From contig JBBCKI010000023.1 in assembly GCA_037190965.1 (NCBI GenBank), positions 34,619-98,618 of the forward strand: 64,000 bases of DNA. Direction: 5' to 3'. Source of the stretch: Chthoniobacteraceae bacterium (GTDB lineage Bacteria; Verrucomicrobiota; Verrucomicrobiia; Chthoniobacterales; Chthoniobacteraceae). Made by a program: the position numbers and the translations under genes. Below the pieces are notes generated by a model. It saw nothing but the letters and a program-made list of their open reading frames with translations. It ran no database searches and was not told the origin of the DNA. Shown here one piece after another: positions 21,501 through 29,395 of this stretch (positions are counted from its first letter, which is position 1; every line of letters starts with the position of its first letter).

Positions 21501-23106
21501 ACCTTGGCAGACGGGCTGGAGCTACGATGGCTTCCTGCGTCCCGCCAAGGTCAGCAACTTCCGCACCCTCGAAGAGGGTGTCATTGACTTCGGCAAAGTG
21601 ATCGACCTTGCCGAAATCCGGGGCCGTTCCACCACCAACTATTATAGCCAAGGCAAATTGCCGGGAGAAATTCTGCTCGCGACGGTCAATCATCCCAATG
21701 ATCCCGCTGCCTGGAAACCGGCATCCGGAAAACGCGTCTGGCGTCCCGGCGTCCGCACCGCCAATTACGGCGAGGCCCATCCTGAGAAGGAAGTCGATGA
21801 GACCCTCATGCTGGACTCATTCCCGGCGCGCTACGTCAAGACCACGCCCCCGACGTCGTTCTTGCCGCTCTTGTTCTTCGCCAACACCCGCAAGGAAGCC
21901 CGGCACCCGTTGAGAGTGGAAAGCGGCGACTTCCTCCGCAATGGGGAACAGCAAACGCTGGTCGTCAGCGACGTCTTCCCGCAGTTCCCCCGGCCGATTC
22001 GCCTGGACGATCTCTCCGTCGCCCTGCTCGACGGCAAAGGTAAAGCAATCTATCAGAAGGATCTGGCCGGTCCGGTCCAAAGCATCCGGCTGCTGGATCG
22101 AAACGGCGACGGCACCCGGGAACTCTTCGTTTTGTATGCCAACGGCACCCTGGAGATCTACTCTCTCGACGGAAAACTCCAGGCTTCCGCCGATCTCTAC
22201 GAGATGCACCGGAAGTTCAGCACCACTCATGACCGTAAGACCCGCGCCCCCGCTGGCGGTTATGTGCTCCCGTTCTCCGTCGGCCTCTGGAGGCCCAATG
22301 CCACGGGCCAGCGGAAAATCGTGGTCACGCGGTACGGCAGCTTCACCTTCCTCAATCCCGATTTAAGCTTCGAGGGTGTGCTGAACGTGAGCGGCTACGG
22401 CACGCCGGGCATTCTCCCCGAGGGAGTCGACTTCGGTTCGGGCAGCCAGGAGCAAGTCGTCGCAGAACGGATGCGGATCTGGCAACTCGGCGGCAGCGGC
22501 GAACCGACCGTCCGCGACCCCAACGGCGCGCAGTTCTGGCCCCAGACTTACAATCTACTCAAGAGCATCCCGGAGAACGAAGCGTCGCGCGTCCCACTGG
22601 GCGGCATGCCGATCGTGCGTTATGAATTGCTCTCCGGCGTCACCCAATCCCCTCGGTACATTCTCATTGCCCGGGGAACCTCGCTCGGCATCTACGACGC
22701 CAAGGAGAAAAAGATGAGGTACAACTGGCTCGCCCAGGCCCCCATTTCCGGCGTCGGCATTCTGGCGCAGAGCGAAGGGGCGTTACAATTGCTCGTGGCG
22801 ACGGACGACTCATTGCTCTGGAACTTCAATTGGGCCGCCGGTATCGAGCGCGAACCAACACTTAGCGCGCGGACCTTCCCGGACCCGATCTCGTTCCTCA
22901 AGGAAACTGGCGACGACCGCCGGACCGTCCTCATCGCCGGGCCCAAAGGAATCTATCTCGCGGGTCAAAATGGCGAAATCGAGCAGATCACCCAAGGCGC
23001 ATTCCAGACGGCCGCCCCTCTCCTGACCAAGGGAAGGAAGCTCAACCAGGTCATTGCCGCCACGAAAGACGGAGAAGTCGTCAGCCTTCGGCCGCCGGGC
23101 AAATAA
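18511..23106 (+). CDS. Large secreted multidomain protein (about 1,531 aa), probably carbohydrate-active
   Basis: Signal-like N-terminus, CBM-like segment, a GH N-terminal-like domain (NLILLG.LGNN...YPGGNGY...IIGGTTDEGV), a helical core and FG-GAP-like C-terminal motifs (GDFLRNGEQQ, DRNGDGTRELFV). Confidence 0.65.
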   Translation: MKLSTALLSLSMQAMVLTQAGVAETRPFDFQYGGKSLLSLDSCAEQLKPTRGGGSVRFANQGSEEVLHLSGSPAQKAIFSISAPVEKGAEYLFRAKVKSTDQLVIRIGALSMSYNDLGNWQTVTGLYRVNDAIAAEIQLHLLSLSKAGGTESAGAEIKEISLIRVERPTIATRRSFSGNTDLVKKGAPNTTLVIPAGSELYAKLATQISDAVQAKTGVALPILSDAEVTTKDYPALKPEFHSKNLILLGRLGNNRAFWSAYNHFLTAVDGFYPGGNGYAINTAANVFRTGGNHLIIGGTTDEGVQRGTAKFLEKIAGVESERGNLQLPWLLEVDLRGECLAVLKKENAKWEESPESALLPKPEPGYGTVVRWYNNAMGYYWTGWDSYKKRADHYLAQVLSEKAYTHHYISEFFVRTVDMLDESGLITPEQIREIDSLFTKNFLDFMTVGDLSWMTTFAPPYSQIGLVNRHQIAPWMSDYKLAEFTTDILTPEGGMKELAEFRRQEKERTFINFVTHRSNPSLPGGLLDEVYEEVNATFFRFALEKELYREFFGSGNALKALALERIEPRSGRLAFPGGVRDSKLPLGIMASLTGDPELHWLWQHLPTSGNSRGYFQSRYLDNVRRYNPDASAPQAKPKSWSGIQFTPNPVDDAPLKADKQNYYFLSVRSGFEPDDDYLAFNGFSQSAPSGGLVTLLSNGVSWLGAGAEEGGRYNFNSASAIRTDKAESKAKFDDQSRCLWSADLPSGIALRFRQLLTGEIEWTRDFIQLGKGTFVFRDQFTAREEGTYLLGVNWHPAGGLSRTGNACSFVTRDGKLQIEMSGAGFAVIDSSAEGQASNGSSVRNQTLKRLAKGESAVSYTVVQASKSHAAKLKPVSFFGENRLAVGVNNDEAILDWNAANLTGMQCDAQLVIQTPQEAGFYDCGRLSADSQLPQRGSFSVSSSGAWSRPAGEEAPVPSSQNGEALFASLRTALQQPAPQTPQTAGVDLRVAVKESPKPWQTGWSYDGFLRPAKVSNFRTLEEGVIDFGKVIDLAEIRGRSTTNYYSQGKLPGEILLATVNHPNDPAAWKPASGKRVWRPGVRTANYGEAHPEKEVDETLMLDSFPARYVKTTPPTSFLPLLFFANTRKEARHPLRVESGDFLRNGEQQTLVVSDVFPQFPRPIRLDDLSVALLDGKGKAIYQKDLAGPVQSIRLLDRNGDGTRELFVLYANGTLEIYSLDGKLQASADLYEMHRKFSTTHDRKTRAPAGGYVLPFSVGLWRPNATGQRKIVVTRYGSFTFLNPDLSFEGVLNVSGYGTPGILPEGVDFGSGSQEQVVAERMRIWQLGGSGEPTVRDPNGAQFWPQTYNLLKSIPENEASRVPLGGMPIVRYELLSGVTQSPRYILIARGTSLGIYDAKEKKMRYNWLAQAPISGVGILAQSEGALQLLVATDDSLLWNFNWAAGIEREPTLSARTFPDPISFLKETGDDRRTVLIAGPKGIYLAGQNGEIEQITQGAFQTAAPLLTKGRKLNQVIAATKDGEVVSLRPPGK

Positions 23107-23147
23107 TCGAGTCTGAAACGCCCCAAAAGGGTCCAGGATGATTTACG

Positions 23148-23176
23148 TTGACTCAACTTAGCGTTCTAACTATATC
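23148..23176 (+). promoter_or_regulatory. Sigma70-like promoter TTGACT-N17-TATATC with operator copy C (23157-23174)
   Basis: The reverse complement of 23157-23174 is TATAGTTAGAACGCTAAG; it fills the spacer and overlaps the -10. Confidence 0.7.
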
Positions 23177-23212
23177 TTGGCATTAATCCCCCCCTCAAAC
23201 TTGGCAAACCCT

Positions 23213-24382
23213 ATGAAAATGCGCCTTGCTTCTCCCTTCTCCTCATTAATTTTCGCTTTGGCGGTTGCTTCCTGGTTTCCAGGCGAAAGCGCCCATGCGG
23301 ATGCGTACGTGCCCGAGTACACCCAAGGGAACGGTTTTTACTTCTCCAGTTCCGGTTCGACCACAGTCAGCACGACGGCCGGATTCTACAACAGGTTCAC
23401 GGCCACTGAAACGACGACCGCAACCAGCGTCAGCCTCAATCTCAATTCCGCGACCGCCACCTCGTTGACCTTCGGCCTCCAGGCCGACGATGGAACCGGA
23501 AAGCCCACCGGCACTTTCCTGGCCTCCGGGACAGTGACACCCGTCGCGGGGTGGAACACGGTAACCTTTGCTGGCTATGAATTAACGGCAGGCCAGGTCT
23601 ATCATGTCGTGGCGCTGCCCACCGCAAGCGGCAATGCTCTCGCGCGGCACCTTTCTGGCATTCCCACCATGAATTTCCAATCCTACGGGGTTCGTGACGC
23701 CGCCTACATCCGTGGGCTCACCAATGCCTCAGGGGTTCCCACAGGAACACCGGGAAATACCGTGGCGATGGTCTACGCGGTCGGCACGACCTCCCATGGA
23801 ATCGGGCAAGCGTTTTCGGTGTCGGCAAACAACACTCTTTCCGCCACCGCCCCGCTGGCCCAACGCTTTCAGTTTACACCCTCGGCAAGCAATCAAACGG
23901 TTTTGGATACCATCACCGTTCGCCTCAATACCGGAGCAGCCGACCTGAAAGACGTCACGATCTCAATCTTGAACGACAATAACATCGTTCTGGCAACGAC
24001 GACACTGGCCAAGAGCGCCCTGACAGCCTCCACGACGGCGGATTACACGGTAGACTTTGGAGACTCGCTGGTTTTGACCGAAGGCGCATACTACAAACTC
24101 GCTCTTCACAGCGGGGAAGCTGGAACCACTTCGGTGAAATGGAATGTCTCCAAAAGCAACTCGACGAATTCCGCCATCAATTCGGCAACCTTCCAGGGGA
24201 CGGACGGGTACGCATTCGCCTACTCCAATACCAGCTTCACGACCCCCCAGGGCTTCGCCTACGGCGACGACTACACTTTTCACTATACGACAATCGCGAT
24301 CCCGGAACCGGGTGTCGGCGCTGCGGTCCTGCTTGGTCTCGGAGTGATCGGTAGCGCCCTGCGTCGCAAGATCCTGGCCTAG
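23213..24382 (+). CDS. PEP-CTERM sorting-domain surface protein
   Basis: Signal peptide (AHA-D), Thr/Ser-rich body, C-terminal IPEP + hydrophobic helix + RRK. Confidence 0.9.
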   Translation: MKMRLASPFSSLIFALAVASWFPGESAHADAYVPEYTQGNGFYFSSSGSTTVSTTAGFYNRFTATETTTATSVSLNLNSATATSLTFGLQADDGTGKPTGTFLASGTVTPVAGWNTVTFAGYELTAGQVYHVVALPTASGNALARHLSGIPTMNFQSYGVRDAAYIRGLTNASGVPTGTPGNTVAMVYAVGTTSHGIGQAFSVSANNTLSATAPLAQRFQFTPSASNQTVLDTITVRLNTGAADLKDVTISILNDNNIVLATTTLAKSALTASTTADYTVDFGDSLVLTEGAYYKLALHSGEAGTTSVKWNVSKSNSTNSAINSATFQGTDGYAFAYSNTSFTTPQGFAYGDDYTFHYTTIAIPEPGVGAAVLLGLGVIGSALRRKILA

Positions 24383-24420
24383 TCAAGCGCGCCGCGAGAG
24401 ACCCTGATCCCTGCAAAACG

Positions 24421-25533
24421 ATGATCCGAACGATCGACACGGCCAATATGGCTGATGATTCCGCCATTCATGCCCGGCCCGAGAAACCGGCGATTGCCAA
24501 ACCCTCTCATCCGGCAAAGGCGCTGCGGGTCATTATTCATCAACCGGCCACCATGCTCAGGCATTGCATCGCGGCGAAGGATATCGAACGCCTGAAACTG
24601 CACCGTCACGAGGTGGTGCTGCCCGATACCGACGATCCCGCGGGGCTGTTGAAGATCTGGCAACGCGAAGCAACCTCGGTCGATCTCGTATTAACCGGCT
24701 GGGATTCGCCGCCCATTACGGACGCGATGCTCGATGCCGCGCCGGGAATTCGCGCGATCGTCCACGCGGCGGGCTCGGTCAAACCGTTCATCCCGAAATC
24801 GATCTGGCAGCGCGGAATCCGCGTGGCATCCTGCAACGACGCGCTCGGAGTCGGCGTGGCGGAGACCACGATCGGAATGATTATCGCCGGGTTGAAAGGT
24901 TTCTTCCCCTCATCGCAAGTGACACGCGGAGGAGGCTGGCAACGGGAGTTCATGACGCTGCCGGATTTCCACGTGCGGGAACTCTACGATGTCACCATCG
25001 GCATCATCGGGGCCAGCCGTGTGGGCCGCCACGTCATCCGGCTCTTGAAAGGGTTTGAGGTTCGCGTCCTCCTGAGCGATCCGCACGTCGATGAAGAGGA
25101 AGCGCGTGCCCTGGGGGTAAAGCTAGTCTCGCTGGATGAATTGATGGCCTCCAGCGATGTCGTCAGCCTCCATGCCCCTGCCCTCGATTCGACCCGGGGA
25201 ATGCTGGGCGCAAAACATTTTTCGGCCATGAAAGACGGGACGATCTTCGTCAACACCGCACGCGGCATGATTGTCGATGAAGAGGCGCTGGCCAAGGAGC
25301 TTGGCTCCGGGCGGATCTGGGCGTTTCTGGATGTGACCAGCCCCGAACCCCCGGCGGAAGATCATCCGTTCCGATGCCTGCCCAATGTCATCCTGACGCC
25401 CCATATTTCCGGGGCGCTTACCAACGGCTGCCAGAGAATGGGCCGAAGCGCCGTCGAACAGGTGCTTGAGTTTGCCCGGGGCGAACTGATGCACGGTGAG
25501 ATCACGGCGGATCGCCTGGCACAGCTAGCGTAA
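24421..25533 (+). CDS. D-isomer-specific 2-hydroxyacid dehydrogenase family protein
   Basis: LTGW.SP, HAAGSVK, IGIIGASRVG, DVVSLHAP, FVNTARG, LDVT.PEP and LTPHISG motifs. Start uncertain. Confidence 0.9.
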   Translation: MIRTIDTANMADDSAIHARPEKPAIAKPSHPAKALRVIIHQPATMLRHCIAAKDIERLKLHRHEVVLPDTDDPAGLLKIWQREATSVDLVLTGWDSPPITDAMLDAAPGIRAIVHAAGSVKPFIPKSIWQRGIRVASCNDALGVGVAETTIGMIIAGLKGFFPSSQVTRGGGWQREFMTLPDFHVRELYDVTIGIIGASRVGRHVIRLLKGFEVRVLLSDPHVDEEEARALGVKLVSLDELMASSDVVSLHAPALDSTRGMLGAKHFSAMKDGTIFVNTARGMIVDEEALAKELGSGRIWAFLDVTSPEPPAEDHPFRCLPNVILTPHISGALTNGCQRMGRSAVEQVLEFARGELMHGEITADRLAQLA

Positions 25534-25541
25534 GATGGCGA

Positions 25542-25567
25542 AGAAGGCGACCCCGCGGTCGCCTTCT
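25542..25567. terminator. Hairpin between convergent genes
   Basis: AGAAGGCGACC-ccgc-GGTCGCCTTCT, an 11-bp perfect stem between two stop codons; weak U-tract. Confidence 0.5.
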
Positions 25568-25580
25568 CTCCCCGTCCCGA

Positions 25581-26318
25581 CTATTTGGAAATCTTCGCTT
25601 GGAGCAGCGGCTCCAGGGCGTCCGCCACCAGTTTATGCCCCTCCGTATTGGGGTGCATCCCGTCGCTCATCAGTTTTTTGCACGATGTACCGTTGGCCTG
25701 CTCCCATTGATCGTAGAGAGCATAGACATCGACGGATACCACCTTCTGTGCCGCTGCTATCTTTCGAACAGCTTCCGCATAGTTGGCCAGAATCAGTGTA
25801 AAACCCTTCTCGTCATTCGGATCGTAGGGAGGCTTGGCATACTTTTCCAGAATATGCTTGGAACCCCAGCGAATCTGGTTCGGCGTCATCAAAATCACCT
25901 CGCCGCCACCCTTGCGAATCTCCTCGATGAAATAGCGAAGATTCTCCTGATACTTATCTAAAGAGACGCGCGATTCCGTCGCGGGCGGCGTCTTCCAGAC
26001 ATCCACCGCCGAGTCGTTGATTCCAAACTGGATGACCACGAGATCCGCCTTCTCCGCGAGGACATCCTTCTCGAAACGCCTCCGGGCCATCTCCGTCGTA
26101 TTCCCGCCGATCCCCTTATTGATAAACCGGATCGCATCGGCCCGGTTGGCAAAACGCGCCTCCAACTGGCTCGTATAGTTTACGGCACCGCCGCGGACCG
26201 CCGTTGTGGAATCGCCGAAAGTGACAACAGTCAATGGCCTGGCGACGTCCGGGGATTGCGCATGGGAAAATCCGGCGGTCACCAGGGCGGCCGCGATAAG
26301 AGTCATTTTTAGTTTCAT
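25581..26318 (-). CDS. Secreted SGNH/GDSL esterase
   Basis: Signal peptide; FGDSTT, NKGIGGNTT, QFGIND and DGMHPN blocks. Confidence 0.9.
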   Translation of the reverse strand: MKLKMTLIAAALVTAGFSHAQSPDVARPLTVVTFGDSTTAVRGGAVNYTSQLEARFANRADAIRFINKGIGGNTTEMARRRFEKDVLAEKADLVVIQFGINDSAVDVWKTPPATESRVSLDKYQENLRYFIEEIRKGGGEVILMTPNQIRWGSKHILEKYAKPPYDPNDEKGFTLILANYAEAVRKIAAAQKVVSVDVYALYDQWEQANGTSCKKLMSDGMHPNTEGHKLVADALEPLLQAKISK

Positions 26319-26386
26319 AAACGAATTGAACCTAGGAAATGTCGTCAACCGAAGGGGATGGCAAGCGAAACTCGTGATGACACGAC

Positions 26387-27154
26387 TTACGGCCACCAGG
26401 TTGTCTCCTGGCTCGGCAGGGAAGCCACAGGCAGAGGCTTCGAGCCATCAAAATTTTCGACGTGGCCATCGACAAAGAGAATATTACCTCGACCACTATG
26501 GACCCGGCCAAAACCGGCAGAATCGGAACTTGCAGGGTTGAAATAGGACGCCTTTCCATAAGCTGAACTCGGCGGTCCACCGTTCTCCAGGCGCGTATTG
26601 GTATCCATCATGGAAACCATCCTGGCTGGTATCTTTATGTTCGCCAGCCGAATTCTATGTGGAAGGAGCGAGTCCGGTCCCTCCTGAGGATGGACGCTGC
26701 CGTTGAATCGATAGCCCAAAAAGTAGCCAGCCCAACCCTTGTAATATTTCTCACCTTTGCTGTTAACAAGATAACCTTCCATCGGCGGAGAACCGAGGCG
26801 CACATTGGTGGGGCAATAGAACGTGTCGGCGGAAATCCCCCTGGCCTTATCTTTTGGCGGCGCCACATAAGGAGCCAAAAAATCCTCCAGAGTTCCCGAT
26901 CCAATAGGCGGGGCAAGATACCCCGCGGGCAAATAGCCATCGTTGTCTGCCGCATAGGCATGCATTCCCACCCCCAATTGCTTCAGATTATTGACGCAAC
27001 CAGCCTGCTCTGCCGCCTTTTTTGCATTGGAAGAGACCGGAATAAGAATAGCCACCAGTACGGCAAGAATGCCTATCGTCAGCAAGAGCTCAACGAGGGT
27101 GAATCCCCAAGGAGCGCCTCGGCCGGTTGCTGGACTGGTAGGGGATATTTTCAT
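26387..27154 (-). CDS. Prepilin-type N-terminal cleavage/methylation protein with H-X9-DG motif (DUF1559-like)
   Basis: GFTLVELLLTIGILAVLVAILIP, C.NNLKQLG....Y..DNDG.LP, FYCP and HSGRGNILFVDGHV. Confidence 0.92.
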   Translation of the reverse strand: MKISPTSPATGRGAPWGFTLVELLLTIGILAVLVAILIPVSSNAKKAAEQAGCVNNLKQLGVGMHAYAADNDGYLPAGYLAPPIGSGTLEDFLAPYVAPPKDKARGISADTFYCPTNVRLGSPPMEGYLVNSKGEKYYKGWAGYFLGYRFNGSVHPQEGPDSLLPHRIRLANIKIPARMVSMMDTNTRLENGGPPSSAYGKASYFNPASSDSAGFGRVHSGRGNILFVDGHVENFDGSKPLPVASLPSQETTWWP

Positions 27155-27291
27155 GACAAACCCATCAACGATGCGCCCAGATATGAGCGCCCGGATTCGG
27201 ACCCGGAGAGGGTCCGCTCGCGTTGGGGATCGCTCCGTACTGGCGGAGGACCGACCGGCAAGGGGGCAGGAAGCATCATGGGGGTGCCTCG

Positions 27292-27320
27292 TTTATAGTT
27301 ATAACGCGATCTTACGTCAA
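27292..27320 (-). promoter_or_regulatory. Sigma70-like promoter TTGACG-N17-TATAAA with operator copy D (27294-27311)
   Basis: Near-consensus -35/-10 on the minus strand; TATAGTTATAACGCGATC occupies the same register as at 23148. Confidence 0.75.
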
Positions 27321-27583
27321 GGCATTCGAGAGGGATTCTTTACGATGTTGGAGCGGATAAGCCGGCGCAAGAGGTTGAGCCGCGATGGCCTGAAGAAGAG
27401 CGCAGCGTCTCTTTGGATACAGTGAGTCTCTGACGAAGGCACTCGCGGCCAATAAATTGCGCCAGATAACCGCGATCAACGTCGCCCGCCTCGCGAGGCT
27501 GGGCGGCTCATCATCAACAGACAGATCTTATCGCGAGAGGGATGCACCCCTCGCGAAATCATTCCGGATCGACTGGATAGAAC

Positions 27584-29368
27584 TCAAGCCTCCGCAACCA
27601 CCGGGGCGGGATCGACCCATTTCCCGTGCTCGCGGATCAGATCCTGAAGCCGGTCAACCGCTTCAGCTTCCGGGATATTGAATTTTACCGGGGTCTTGCC
27701 CACGTAAAGATTCACCTTGCCGGGAGCGCCGCCGACGTACCCGAAATCGGCATCGGCCATTTCGCCCGGGCCGTTGACGATGCACCCCATGATGGCGATT
27801 TTGACGCCTTTGAGATGGACGGTGGCTTTCTTGATTCGAGCGGTGGTCTCCTGCAAATTGAAAAGGGTCCGCCCGCACGAGGGGCAGGCCACATAATCGG
27901 TCTTGAAGATGCGCGCTCCCGCGGCTTGTAGGATGTTGTAGGCAAGGCGTAGCGACTGACCAGGGGCCGATTCGCCCTGGATCAGGACGGCATCGCCGAT
28001 CCCGTCGCAAAGGAGCGAGCCGATGGCGGCGGAAGAGGTCAGCAGTGTCTCCACGAACTCCGTCGGCTCGTCGGTTTTCGGCGGATGAAGGGTATCCTTG
28101 AGAAGGATCGGGTGATGCTCCAGCACACGCGAGGCAAGGAGCCTGTATGCCGCGATCACCGGCAGGTCGAGCCCGTCGGCGATGGTGACGAGCGTCGGCT
28201 GCGGCGCGCCATTGAGTTCCGCAACCGCGATGTCGTCCCGCGGGTCGATCGCAAGGGCTCCGGCGGATTCCGCGACGATCTCGGGCTTGAAGTCTCCCAG
28301 GCGATCGATTTTGTGCGCGAGCGCATTCCATTTTGCCTGCGAGGTAAAAACGCGGATCGTCTCCTCGCCGCCAAGTGGCACGCCCTGAATCTCCAGCCGG
28401 GCCGAAGCGCGGCGGCGGTATTCGAAGGGCTTGTAGCCCGGCGGAATATTGAAGCAATCATGCGCCTCCTGAGGAGGCCGCTCCGCGTTGAAGGGGGCCA
28501 CCAGCGCTTTCGCCACCGGGATCTCATGCACGCTGTCCTCGGTCAGCGAAACGCGGACGGTATCGCCGATGCCGTCGTTGAGGAGCGAGCCGATGCCGAT
28601 GGCGCTCTTGATGCGGCCATCCTCCCCGTCGCCCGCCTCGGTCACGCCGAGGTGGATCGGGTAATTCCAGCCCGGCTCTTCGGCGTCGAGTTCATCGAGC
28701 CGCGAGACAAGCAGACGGTACGCCTGGATCATCACCTTCGGGTTGCTAGCTTTCATCGAGAAGACGAACGCATGGTAGTCGAGGTCGCGCGCGATGCGGG
28801 CGAACTCCAGCGCGCTCTCCACCATGCCGAGCGGCGTGTCGCCGTAACGGTTCATGATGCGGTCGCTCAAGGAGCCGTGATTGGTGCCGATCCGCATGGC
28901 AACACCCCGGGCCTTGCAAAACTCCACGAGCGGCGCGAACCGGTCGCGAATGCGGCAAAGCTCGGAGGTGTACTGTTCATCGGTGTACTCGATAATCTTG
29001 AATTTCTTGGAGTCCGCGTAGTTGCCCGGGTTGACACGGATTTTCTCGACCCACTTGGCTGCTTCCATCGCCGCTTCCGGCTTGAAATGAATGTCGGCGA
29101 CGATCGGCACTTCGCACCCCTGCTCTCTCAATCCCTTGACGATATTCTCCAGGTTCGCGGCATCCTTGACAGTCGGCGCGGTGATCCGGACGATCTCGCA
29201 ACCGACGGCGGCGAGATCAAGCGTCTGCCGGATGCACGCGGCGGTGTCCATCGTGTCGCAGGTGATCATCGACTGCACCCGGATCGGATTGCTGCCGCCG
29301 ATACCGACACGACCCACCTTCACTTCGCGGGTCACACGGCGTTGGTAGAGAAATGGGGAGGGATTCAT
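27584..29368 (-). CDS. ispG: (E)-4-hydroxy-3-methylbut-2-enyl-diphosphate synthase, long type
   Basis: PIRVQSM, VADIHF, R.NPGN, RIGTNHGSL, HLGVTEAG, ACPSCGRT and MGCIVNGPGE. Confidence 0.96.
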   Translation of the reverse strand: MNPSPFLYQRRVTREVKVGRVGIGGSNPIRVQSMITCDTMDTAACIRQTLDLAAVGCEIVRITAPTVKDAANLENIVKGLREQGCEVPIVADIHFKPEAAMEAAKWVEKIRVNPGNYADSKKFKIIEYTDEQYTSELCRIRDRFAPLVEFCKARGVAMRIGTNHGSLSDRIMNRYGDTPLGMVESALEFARIARDLDYHAFVFSMKASNPKVMIQAYRLLVSRLDELDAEEPGWNYPIHLGVTEAGDGEDGRIKSAIGIGSLLNDGIGDTVRVSLTEDSVHEIPVAKALVAPFNAERPPQEAHDCFNIPPGYKPFEYRRRASARLEIQGVPLGGEETIRVFTSQAKWNALAHKIDRLGDFKPEIVAESAGALAIDPRDDIAVAELNGAPQPTLVTIADGLDLPVIAAYRLLASRVLEHHPILLKDTLHPPKTDEPTEFVETLLTSSAAIGSLLCDGIGDAVLIQGESAPGQSLRLAYNILQAAGARIFKTDYVACPSCGRTLFNLQETTARIKKATVHLKGVKIAIMGCIVNGPGEMADADFGYVGGAPGKVNLYVGKTPVKFNIPEAEAVDRLQDLIREHGKWVDPAPVVAEA

Positions 29369-29395
29369 GGTGCGTGTTTCGTCAAATCCGCCCGG

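Noticed and set aside
27584..29368. IspG with an extra central domain
   Set aside because: Long-type IspG is already known from several bacterial phyla and plants; not novel.
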